From Squalus acanthias (Eukaryota): a stretch of DNA of 64,000 bases. The notes under the pieces were generated by a model. It was not told where the DNA came from. It was given only the letters and a program-made list of their open reading frames with translations, and ran no database searches. Made by a program: the position numbers and the translations under genes. Of this stretch, positions 13,322-24,495 are shown piece by piece (the first letter of the stretch is position 1; every line of letters begins with the position of its first letter). The stretch lies in NCBI GenBank assembly GCA_030390025.1, contig CM059432.1:37078001-37142000 (forward strand), in the 5' to 3' direction.

Positions 13322-14031
13322 TTGGCAAATTATGTATAACGTAGATAAGTGCAGTGTTATGCATGTGGGCAGGGCAAATGCTCAACATTCATACACCCTT
13401 CAGGGAAAAGCATTAAAGAAGGTGGAGATAGTAAGAGATTTGGGCATTTTAGTGCACACATCTCTAAATGTACATGCGCAGTGCTGTGAAGCAGTAGCTA
13501 AAGCAAATAGTGTGTTGTGGTGTATCCATGGGACAATTGAGTGTAAGACAAAGCATACTATTTTGTCCTTGCACGATACCCTGGTCAGGCTTCACTTGGA
13601 ATACTGTGTCCAGTTTTGGTGGTCTCACATGGGTGATATTGAGGCTTTGGAAAGGGTGCAGAGGAGGGCCACTAGACTAATTCCCAGTTTAAAGCATCTT
13701 GGTTATCAAGGTAGGCTAAAAGAGTTGGGACTCTACATTTCAGAAGCGTAGACTTACGGGGGATCTGATTGAGGCTGGACCTGTTTCTGGCTGGGGCGGA
13801 GATCATCTCTTACAGAAGGTAGGTACTGCAGGGAATTCAGGACTAGTGTGATCTCCTGGACTAGTTTCGATCGTCTAGATGGGTCGGAGAGGAATTCCCC
13901 CCCCCAAATTGGCCTGGGTCTTTTATCTAGTTTTTTGCCCCTCTCAGGAGATCACATGGTTTTGGGTGGGGTGGTGCATCACAATTATGTGGGACAGGGT
14001 TGATGGACCTGCCTGTCATTGTTCGTATGTT
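13322..14031 (+). mobile_element. CR1 3' fragment of a different subfamily with a long 3' UTR, inserted in the - strand CR1
   Basis: ORF 13332..13751 has YNVDKCSVMH, LVRLHLEYCVQFW and LERVQRRATR; ends ...ttgttcgtatgtt. Confidence 0.78.
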
Positions 14032-14439
14032 AGTCTCCCTGGTAAATACTGAGGCAAAGTAACTCGTTAGTATTTCTGCCATTTTGTTGTCATTACCTCC
14101 TGAGTTTACCTTGTGCATCCTTTTGTGGCCCTATACCTCTCCTGGTTTTTCTTTTGTTCATGTGTCTGTAGAATCCTTATTTATTCTTTTTATATTCCTT
14201 GGTAATTTAATTTCGTAGTTCCTCTTCGCTTTCCTAATTTAAAAAAAATTATTTAAACTCTTCGTATTCCCTTTTGTCATCCTCTTAATTGTCTATGTAC
14301 TATGTTAAAGATGCTATATAAATGAAAGTTATGTTTGGCTTCGTACTACACCAGGCAATGCCTATGAATGCAAAGCCTTTAGGCATGCCTTTCATTTTTT
14401 GTTTCGTCAATTTTATGGGTTTCGATTTGTGGGGCACTG

Positions 14440-17400
14440 GCACTAGTACTGGGATAACAGGGAGCTGTTCCGTTTGGACAGGCTTCACTTGAACCATGCT
14501 GGGGCTAGAGTCCTGGCGAATCGAATAACTAGGGCTGTAGAGAGGGCTTAAAACTAAATAGTTGGGGGGAGGGTCCAGGTGAGCGGGAATTTAAAAAGTC
14601 AATGAGAAATGAAAAAGCAATAGAGCAGGATAGAGATGGGGGAAATAATAACCAGAGTGTGACAGGAAGGGACAGAATGTTTAAAAATAAGAGTGCAACA
14701 GAAAATGGGGCCAACACAAGGAGAAATGGTGATAAGACAAAGTTAAAAGCTCTATCTGAATGCACACAGCATTTGTAACAAGATAGATGAGTTGACGGCA
14801 CAAATAGATACAACTGGGTATGATCTGATCGCCATTACAGAGACGTGGTTGCAAGGTGACCTGGGCTGGGAACTGAATATTTCAGGGTGTTTGACAATTC
14901 AGAAGAATAGACAGAAAGGAAAGGGAGGTGGGGTGGCTTTGTTGGTAAAGGATGGGATCAGTGCGGTGGTGAGAAGTGATATTGGCGCAGAAGATCAAGA
15001 TGTAGAACAGGTTTGGGTGGAGATAAAAAAAATAGAGGGGAAAAAGTCTCTGGTGGGCGTAGTCGACAGGCCCCTGAACAGTAGCAATGCTATTGGACCG
15101 AGTCTAAATCATGATGTGGAGATGCCGGTGTTGGACTGGGGTGGACAAATGTGAGAAGTCACACAACACCAGGTTATAATCCAACAGTTTTATTTGAAAT
15201 CACAAGCTTTCGGAGCGCTCCGAAAGCTTGTGATTTCAAATAAAACTGTTCGAGTATAAATCAACAAATAATGGAGGCCTGTTTATATAAAAAAAAGGTA
15301 CAGTAATAATCATGGGTGATTTTAATCTCCATATTGATTGGACAAATCAAATTGGCCATGATAGCCTTGAGGAGGAGTTCATAGAGTGCATCCGGGATGG
15401 TTTCCTAGAACAGTACGTAAAGGAACCAAGCAGGGAGCAGGCTATCTTGGATCTGTTACTGTGTAATGAGACAGAATTAATAAATGATCTCATAGTAAAG
15501 GATCCTCTAGGAAAGATTGATCATAGCATGGTTGAATTTCAAATTCAGTTGGAGGGTGAGAAATTTGTATCTCAAACCAGTGTCCTGATCTTAATTACAA
15601 TGGCATGAGGGCAGAACTGGCTAAAGTGGACTGGAAAAATAAATGAAAGGGTAAGACAGTTGAAATGCAGGGGCGGACATTTAAGGAGGTATTTCATAAC
15701 TCTCAACAAAAATATATTCCAGTGAGAAAGAAAGATTTTAAGAGAAGGGAGCACCATCCGTGGCTAACTAAGGAAGTAAAGGATGGTATCAAATTGAAAA
15801 CGAAGGCATACAATGTTGCCAAGATTGGTGGGAGACCAGAGGATTGGGAAATTTTTAAAAAACCAGCAAAGGATGACACAAAAAAAAAGAACATGAATTA
15901 TGAGAGTAAACTGACAAATATTAAAACAAAGAGCGAGCTTCTACGGGTATATAAAAAGGAAGAGAGTAGCTAAAGTAAACGTTGGTCCCTTAGAGGATGA
16001 GACTGGGGAATTAATAATGGGGGACGGGGAAATGGTGGAGACTCTGAACAAATATTTTGTATCTGTCTTCACGGTACAAGACACTAACACCATCTCAATT
16101 ATGGATGATCAAGGGGCCACAGGGAGGGGAGATAACTAAAGACGATCATTATCACTAAGGAAAAAGTACTTGGTAAAATAATGGGACTAAAAGACGACCA
16201 GTCCCCTGGACCGGATGGCCTGCATCCCAGGGTCTTAAAAGAAATGGCTGCAGAGATAGTGGATGCATTGGTTGCAATATACAAAAATTCCCTGGACTCG
16301 AGAGGTCCCAGCGGATTGGAAAACCGCAAATGTAACACCCCTATTTAAGAAAGGAGGGAGACAGAAAGCAGGCAACTATAGACCAGTTGGCCTAACCTCT
16401 GTTGTTGGGAAAATGCTGGAGTCCTTCATTAAGGAAGCAGTAGCAGGGCATTTGGAAAATCATAATGCAGTCAAGCAGAGCTAGCATGGTTTTATGAAAG
16501 GGAAATCATGTTTAACAAATTTGCTGGAGTTCTTTGAGGATGTAACGAGCAGGGTGGACAAAGGTGAGCCAGTGGATGTGGTGTATTTGGATTTCCAGAA
16601 GGCATTTGATAAGGTGCCACATAAAAGGTTAATGCATAAGATAAGAGCTCACTTAATTGGGGGTAATATATTAGCATGGATAGAGAATTGGCTAACTAAC
16701 AGAAAGCAGAGAGTCAGGATAAATGGGTCATTTTCCGGTTGGCAAATGGTAACTAGTGGAGTGCCACAGGGATTGGTGCTGGGGCCTCAACTATTTACAA
16801 TCTACATTAATGACTTGGATGAAGGGACCGAGTGTAATGTAGCCAAGTTTGCGGATGATACATAGATGGGTGGGAAAGCAAGTTGTGCAGAGGACTCAAA
16901 GAATCTGCAAAGGGATATAGACAGGCTAAGTGAGTGGGCAAACATTTGGCAGATGGAGTATAATGTGGGAAATTGCGAGGTTATCCACTTAGGCAGGAAA
17001 AAAAATAATTATTTAAATAGAGAGAGATTACAAAATGCTACAGTTCAGAGGGACCTGGGGGTCCTTGTGCATGAAACACAAAGTTAGCATGCAGGTAATC
17101 AAAAAGGCAAATGAATGTTGGCCTTTATTTCAAGTACAGGGTATTGGTGAGACCACACCTTGTGTACTGCGTACAATTTTGGTCTCCTTATTTAAGGAAG
17201 GATATACTTGCATTGGAAGCAGTTCAGAGACGATTCACTAGGTTAATTCCAGAGATGAGGGGGTTGACTTATGAGGAAAGGTTGAGCAGGTTGGGCCTAT
17301 ACTGATTGGAATTTAGAAGCGTGAGAGGTGATCTTATTGAAACATATAAGATACTGAAGGGGCTCGACAAGGTAGATGCAGAGAGGATGTTTCCCCTCAT

Positions 17401-17704
17401 GGGGAAATCTAGAACTCGGGGGCATAGTTTCAGAATAAAGGGTCGCCCTTTTAGAACTGAGTTGAGGAATTTCTTAGGGTTGTAAATCTGTGGAATTCTC
17501 TGCAGTAGAGAGCTGTGGAGGCTGGGTTATTAAATACATTTAAAGTGGAGATAGACAGATTTTTGCAAGATAAGGGAATGAAGGGTTATGGGGAGTGGGC
17601 AGGGAAGTGGCTTTGAGCCCAAGATCAGCCATGATCTTATTGAATGGAGGAGCAGGCTCGAGGGGCCAAGTGGCCTATTCCTGCTCCTATTTCTTACGTT
17701 CTTA
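14440..17704 (+). mobile_element. CR1 LINE (end of ORF1, full-length decayed ORF2, 3' tail)
   Basis: Contains [44 protein letters not shown] and KFADDT; tail ctattcctgctcctatttcttacgttcttat. Confidence 0.92.
15112..15250. mobile_element. Penelope-like pLTR fragment with inverted duplication, inserted into CR1
   Basis: 139-bp foreign insert flanked by a 13-bp duplication cgagtctaaatca / cgagtataaatca; contains a 68-bp perfect palindrome centred on ggagc|gctccgaaag. Confidence 0.7.
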
Positions 17705-18849
17705 TCCCCTCCACTGATTCCGAGCTATGTTATAGTTACCCAGGTGCGGGTTGATTTCTGGTACCTCACCCAAGCAACATCAGTTATGCATGAGTCTTGG
17801 GTGTTGGCAGGCTATCCAAGCATAGGATAATGGCTGAGCCGGAGCTTGTTACTGCCATAAATAGTTGCATCCAGCAGGGGTTACTGATTGGGAGTGGGAA
17901 CCCCCACCCTGCCAGTGTTTGGCACCCTACCTCAACTTGAGGGTATTGAATGCTTTCTATCTTCTCCTTGGCCGAGTTCGCGTAACTCGGCACAGACCAG
18001 ATATTGAACCTTGGACTTGACGTGTTTGACCAAATGGCTTGGCCATCTGTGGAGCAACTACAGTAGTAGATTTTTAACAACAATGTTTAACCTAACACTC
18101 CTCTGGTCAAAAGTTGCCATTGATTAAATGTACCAGCAGAACCTCAGCCAAGCTTATCCTACTGTCTCCCATGGTGCCTCCCAGTCAGGGAAAGTGTTGG
18201 ACATCTTCCTCCTTTACCCGCCCCCCCAAATCAACATTTAGTGCACATTCTCCTTGGACTGACACAATTTAATCGCTGCTGCTATGTTTCTATTAGTTTG
18301 GCAGTTAAGCCAGCCATAGGGAGCTGTGGCAACTTTAAATTAAAATAAATCTCCCCTCCCTGTGGAGAACCAGCTGGCTTTTCTTTGGCACCGGCAAGAT
18401 CGTGAATTTGCTGAGTGGGGATTTGCAGGTTCTAATTCATTAGCTTTATTCTCGTTAAATGTCTAATGGTTTCAATAGCTCCTTACTGAGTATCTTTGTG
18501 TTAATGGAGTGGAACGGCCAAGTACAGCAGATTACCCATTCCTTTAACTAGGCTCTTAATTATATAGCGGGTTCTTGATATGTGGATCTCCATTGCCTGT
18601 GTTTGTCTATTAAATCACTCATATATGTACAGGGGTCTTGAGTCTGAATCCTGTCAATTAAAATGAATGGAAGGACCTTGGGATGTTTTATTTTACAAAA
18701 CTTGATTAAGACTTTGTGCTCATCCAAGTGAGGGCTTTTGTTCCCTCGTCAGCAGTTGGTCTAATGGTACCATTTTTGTTTATACAATAAGATGGACTTG
18801 TATTTGTACAGCACCATATCCTGTACCAAATTTGAGAGTCTTTGGGTTA

Positions 18850-19210
18850 CTCCGCCGGCGGCCGCGCTGCAGGACCTGGTCTGCTCCGCCGGCGGCCGCG
18901 CTGCAGGACCTGGTCTGCTCCGCCGGCGGCCGCGCTGCAGGACCTGGTCTGCTCCGCCGGCGGCCGCGCTGCAGGACCTGGTCTGCTCCGCCGGCGGCCG
19001 CGCTGCAGGACCTGGTCTGCTCCGCCGGCGGCCGCGCTGCAGGACCTGGTCTGCTCCGCCGCCGGCCGCGCTGCAGGACCTGGTCTGCTCCGCCGCCGGC
19101 CGCGCTGCAGGACCTGGTCTGCTCCGCCGCCGGCCGCGCTGCAGGACCTGGTCTGCTCCGCCGCCGGCCGCGCTGCAGGACCTGGTCTGCTCCGCCGCCG
19201 GCCGCGCTGC
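18850..19210. repeat. 34-bp GC-rich minisatellite, 10 full units plus a 21-nt partial unit
   Basis: Unit ctccgccg[g/c]cggccgcgctgcaggacctggtctg, read directly from the sequence. Confidence 0.98.
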
Positions 19211-19574
19211 TGGGCCAGATCAAAAGCTTGCTGCATTTGGTGTGACCACCTCTGCTGCTGGGCCTCTTCCACCCTGATCATCTCTTTGCTCACCGTCTTC
19301 ACCGTTGTTCCTGATGCTCACTGCTGCTACCTCCTCCATTTCCTCTGCGGTTCACTTTCTGAAATCGGTGTGTTTTGAATTTGCTGGGTCTGGAGGATTG
19401 ATGGAGGTGCCTTGTGTGGAAAAAGTTTGCTCCCTCATTCATCTGAATCCACCAGCAAGAGAGCTTTCACCTCCAGACCGAGAAATGTCAATAAACTGAA
19501 GCTTGGCACAAACATCCAAATGGAAAACCTGCAACCTGCTGACTTGAATGAGAGTGCTTCCATTGATGGATGTC

Positions 19575-19997
19575 AGCGTGACTCAGTCAGTAGTGCTCTC
19601 ACCTGAGTCAGAAGATCGTTGGTTGAAGTTTCACTCCAGAGACTTTAGCATGTAATCTAGGCAGACAGTCGAGTGCAGTGCTGAGGGAATGCTGCACTGT
19701 TGAAGCTGCTGTTGCTTGGATGAGACGTTAAACTGAGGCGCCCCCCCCCCCTGCTTTCTTGTGTGGGTGTAAAAGATCCCATGGCGCTATCTGAAGAACA
19801 GCAGGGGAGATCTCCCGGTGTCCTGGCCAACGTTTATCCTTCGCAAACAATATATATAAAAAAGCAGATTATCTGGTCGTGTATTTCATTGTTGCTTGTG
19901 GGACCTTGCTGTGTGCAAATTGGTTGCCAGGTTTCCTACATTACTGCAGTGGCTACACTTCAAAAGTACTTAATTGGCTGTAAAGCACTTTGGGACG
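19575..19997 (+). mobile_element. DeuSINE (SacSINE1-like), near full length
   Basis: tRNA-like head, Deu-domain sequence aaagatcccatggcgctatctgaagaacagcaggggagatctcccggtgtcctggccaa, and an L2-like 3' part. Confidence 0.8.
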
Positions 19998-20364
19998 CCA
20001 AACTTGTGTATTTTATCCAGCTGCATGACTTTAGATTGTTTTCTGGGAGCTTAAGATTGCCACAGACAATGCAGTGTATAAATTGCTATTGTATTGTGGG
20101 GACAGTGCAGAAAGTGTTTTATCTTGTATTCAACCTAGCTAACTTGAAATCTGAAATTGATTCAGCAAAACTTTTTTTTTAAAAAAGCCTGTATTTGATG
20201 GCAAATTATTGACTCTTAATTTTATTTTCAGAGGATGTAGTCATGTTAAGGTGAGTTCTGAAGAATTCTAAAACGTGAAGTTGAAGTAAGGGAATATACA
20301 AATGTTCTTAGCCATTTTTGCTGTCATCAGTCCCAAGCTGACAAAAAGTGGAACATAGAGACAA

Positions 20365-21612
20365 GTGGGGGGAATTTTATCCCCCAAGAGAGGGTGGGTT
20401 GGGAGAGGGTGGCTGGGGGTAAATAGTTTTGATTTTTTAGAGCAGGAGCGTGATCCGGCTGCAACGCACCCACTTCCGGGTTTCACGGAGGCGCATTTGG
20501 GTGCAGGCAAGAAACCTGCCGAAGTTGGGGATTTCATAATTGGATGTGGGTGGATGCAATTCATATCCTTGGATTTTAATCAGGTATTTTGAAAGTGGAA
20601 TGATTTAGTCACGGCAAAGTCACAATTTTGACAATTGCCAATACTCCCTCTTCTCATAGTTCAGTCATTGAAATGAAGTCAGCATATGTGTCAGAGATAT
20701 TTGTAATTCTGTCGTCATCTATCTGTGAGCTCCCAGTCTCTCCATCTCCTACTGAAAGGGGCGCAGCTGTGCCATTCATCTCAAGGGCAGTGTCCGCCTC
20801 TGCATCTGTGAGCTGTTCTATTTGTGGCGGCCCACCAAGTCCTGTCCCCCTCCTTGCGTTTTGCGCTCTTCTATGGGGATGGTGGGGTGGGGGGGGGGGG
20901 GGAGAACTGACCTGTGAGTGCAGTGTATTCGGTGATTGTGACTGAGACACGTGCGTCACATTGCTAAAGGATTGGAGTGAGTGTCAATGGTGAATGGATA
21001 AATGAGGAGGTTATGAAGTGCACAGAAGGTGAAGGTTGGCTGCTGCTAAGTTGTGTCGGTGTGAGGAGTGATTTGATGGAGAACACTTGGCAAGACAGAG
21101 TGAAGGTGGGGGAGGGAGGGGCTTAAAGCACAGGAAGTAGTTGAATCAGCAAACACTCCTTTTCTTGAGCTGGTTGTCATTAAATTGCTTCCGACATTGT
21201 TTATGACTTGGGCACAACGCTCCTGCTGCTCACGACCTCACCTACCATCAACCATTGCTTCTTGGTGAGAGCAGCAGGTTTCTCCCTCGCATTGCTGGTA
21301 AAAAGTATGTCCCTCCTCTGGACTGCATCCAGCAGCAATCAGTGAGGTGTCGTTAAACCTGGGTGATGCCCTTGCTCTACGTCCACCATTCATCCAAACG
21401 CCCCCAGTGTCCATTTGTGAATTGTCCCTTTTAAATACAGCTCAGATTGCCTTATGCAGGTGCACATCAAACCCGGAAGTCAAAATGAATTGGTCCAATT
21501 GAGTTGAGATCACAGAATTCGACTTGCTCAGTTGACATCCAGATTTACCCCACGCAATTCCCCCCCCACCCCCCCTGGGTTCGGAAGCTGCCTTCAGATT
21601 AATATCAGGGCC
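20365..21612 (-). mobile_element. PIF/Harbinger transposon remnant with a Myb/SANT-like DNA-binding gene pseudogene
   Basis: The - strand from 21393 reads MNGGRRARASPRFNDTSL/LLLDAVQRRDILF...KKQWLMVGEVVSSRSVVPKS*/QCRKQFND. A downstream piece reads RAQNARRGTGLGGPPQIEQLTDAE. No transposase found. Confidence 0.65.
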
Positions 21613-22463
21613 TTAATATCTAACTGTGGGGAGGAAGTTGCCGCAGCATGAGTACAGTTTTGTTTTCTTAATTCATTCTCTGCATGTGGGCATTACTATC
21701 CGCTATCTCTAGTGGTGGGCCATTTTCTTGAATGACTTGTCGCGGTTTGATGCAACTGAGTGGTTTGCTCGGCTGCTTCAAAGGGAAGTTGTAATTCAGC
21801 CACATGGATATGGAACTGGAGTCACCCATCAGCTACATGGATATGGAAGGTTTCCTTCAAGAAAGGACGTTAGTGAACAGGTTAGGTTTTTACAACATGG
21901 TTACAATTCATGATCACTTTTACTGGGACCAGGTTTTTACTTCCAATTTATAAAAAAAATTAAAAAAATTCAAATTCTCAAACAGCTATGATTTGAAGTA
22001 GTGTTCTCTGGATTTTATTGGTGAAGGCCTCTGGATTCCTCGTCCAAGTAACATAACCACTACACGACTGTACCAGAACAACAAATTCTAAGTAAAAATA
22101 AAGTGCAGGGCTGCCGGTACCTGGAAAGAGACGAGACACAAGGGTCTGGCCTGAAATGTTAACCAGTCTTATTTTGTTCTCTTTGCTGCTGACTGACCTA
22201 ATGTAGTTGAAGCATTTTCTGTTTGTTTTCCACCACCCTGCCTGCTCAGTGAGATTGCAGTTTATTTTTCTTGATGCATTAGACGAGAACGGGGTATAGG
22301 TTTTGGGGAGAAAGGCAGCATTGTGACATTTGAAACGTAACCATTCTTCTCACCTGGTCGATGCTCACTGACCCGTGTATTTCTGACTTTCTTTTTGTAT
22401 TGCTGTGTATCGTCAGTATGTTGAACACTGCTCACAAGTTGCATATCTAACTATTTCAACCAG

Positions 22464-22588
22464 GCTTCCCGTACACCAGATCGGAAGGACAGAAAGTCAA
22501 CAGCTGGGGCCAAGAAAAGGAAACGTTCCCGTTCCCCTTCACCAATACCCACACCAGCTGAATCCAGGAAGAAGACCGGAAAGAAAGG
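22464..22588 (+). CDS. SMARCC1: SMARCC1 coding exon: ASRTPDRKDRKSTAGAKKRKRSRSPSPIPTPAESRKKTGKK(G), basic/NLS-like and SP-rich
   Basis: caaccag|GCT...AAAGG|gtaaac; 125 nt, phase 0-2; resembles human RKRKHSPSPPPPTPTESRKKSGKKG. Confidence 0.92.
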
Positions 22589-23499
22589 GTAAACCAAGCT
22601 CTTGTACACCATTTGATCACAGGTTCTAGCTGGTAGTGTTGGATATTTAAAGAGGCAGTGGAAGTTGGGCATGTTTTTCTATGCTCGGTGGTCGTTGGGT
22701 TGTTCCTATTAGAGTTGCTTTCCTGCTACATTACATGCTATGGAAAAAAAAATCCGTTTTTCTAAAGTAGCGTGGGAAGCAGGAATGCTGTAGATGTGTA
22801 GAGGTGTGCTAATTCTCTGCACGGGTACTTGCTGCTAATTTATTTTTATTTTGAAAACGTCTTTTATTCCTAATTGCCCTTGCTTTTGGAATAAATATTA
22901 GGGGTGGTTGCTGTCTTGGAGCACAGGTCAGAGAATCGAGGCTGCAGCGTTGGAAGCACGCCTCTGACTTGCACTCCCTTGGAGCTTGGCTTTCCCATTT
23001 GGGATCATGGAATTATCCCAAATATCTATAGTAGCATTAAATCAAGAAGATGGATTAAACTCCTGAGGAAGGTGGTGCAGTGGTTCCAACATTGGTTAAA
23101 TTGAATCTTTACTTTAAAGTCTCCTTTTTGTAAATCACGATGGTGTATAAATTTGAATGGTGTAAAAACTAGTGCAAGAGCTCAAATTGCACATAGGAGC
23201 TTGGGGTGGGAATTGATGGATGCCCTGTAAATGGGAGCGGTGAAAGAATTTGAGCCCCCTTTATAATATGGTTACCCTGAGGCAGCAATTTCTGTTTAGA
23301 CTGAAGTTGGTGCTTTATACTTCACTCCCCACACATTCCTGTGGACAGTTTTGTATTGCATGAATACCTATGAAGAATTTCCTAGTAGTGAGCTACTGTT
23401 TCTCTTGTTTAACTGGCAGTATTGACTTGACAATTATTAATCCACTTAATCCAGAGTTGATGCAAAAGCAGGAGGTTTGGCAAACAGTGAGTGGTACTG

Positions 23500-24495
23500 T
23501 AAAAGACTTAAGAAGACAACTTAGTAGAATGGCTTGACAGGTGGCAGATGTAATTTAATGTTCAGTATGAGGAAATACATTTTGGCAGAAAAAAACATGG
23601 AATGGCGGCTAGACTTAATGGCAAGACACCTGAAGTGTGGATGAATAGAGACCCTTACGAGTTTGATACATAGTACATTTGAAAGTGCAGGTAGATAAAG
23701 CCATATAAAGACCAGTAGAATTACAGGAATGAAGTGGTAATGATGCAGAACATTGGTTAGGCTGTAGATGGAGTACTTTGTGCAGTTTTGTGCATCCAAT
23801 TATAGAAAGGATGGAGAGGCTGTGACGTGGATTCACCAGGATGATGGCACGGATGGGAAGCTATAGTTCTGAGGAGCGACTTAAGATACTAGGACCAGTT
23901 CCACTGGATCAGAGCAGGCTAAGAAGTTTCAATAGAGGTTTAAAAAAATTATCAATAGCTTTTCATTGTGTGAATAGGGAAAGACTATTCCTTTGGGTGG
24001 CAAGTTAACAACAACATGCATTTATATAGTACCTTCATCAATTCAAAATTGGCGAGACTGAAGAGTGAAGTAAAGAGAAATTGCTTTATATGGTTTGTTG
24101 GAGCATGGAATGCTTTGCCACAGGGAGTGATTGAAGTAGAGACCATTGCATATTTTAAGGGACCGGAGTGACTCCTGCCAACGACCGGACAGCCTGCGCT
24201 CTCCCAGCATTTTTCCTCACAGTCCGCTCGCTCCCGGCATTTTTCCTCAGCCCGCTCTCTCCGGGCCTTTAACGAACCGCCTCCCGTGACGAACCGCAGA
24301 TGCACAGTCAGTTTCCGGTTCGTTGGCAGCAGTCGCGTCCTTAAGGGAAAATTGGATGAATATTTGAAGCAGAAGAAAATTGACAGCTATGAGGAGGGAG
24401 CAGAGCAATGGTAGTTTTGGATTGCTGTAGCCCAGAGCTGGTAGAGAGACATTGGACCGAATGACTGCTTTCTCTGCTGCAAACCTCTATGGTTT
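23500..24495 (+). mobile_element. Old CR1 3' fragment
   Basis: Decayed tggcagatgtaatttaatg and gagtactttgtgcagttttg segments; tail ttggaccgaatgactgctttctctgctgcaaacctctatg. Confidence 0.7.
24159..24340. mobile_element. 182-bp GC-rich MITE flanked by TTAA (Kolobok/T2-like termini GG...CC)
   Basis: TTAA at 24155-24158 and 24341-24344; imperfect TIRs gactcctgccaacgaccgga / tccggttcgttggcagcagtc. Confidence 0.65.

Larger units (their letters stand above)
11610..14300 (-). mobile_element. Old, heavily decayed CR1 LINE ORF2/3' end with internal insertions
   Basis: Fragments [30 protein letters not shown] and TKGHKYKL..FTLRVV. Confidence 0.8.

Noticed and set aside
18780..19378. Five overlapping 137-178 aa ORFs on both strands; superficially CRISPR-like periodicity
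   Set aside because: The ORFs are by-products of a stop-free 34-bp tandem repeat. The units are directly adjacent with no unique spacers, there are no cas genes, and the context is eukaryotic.
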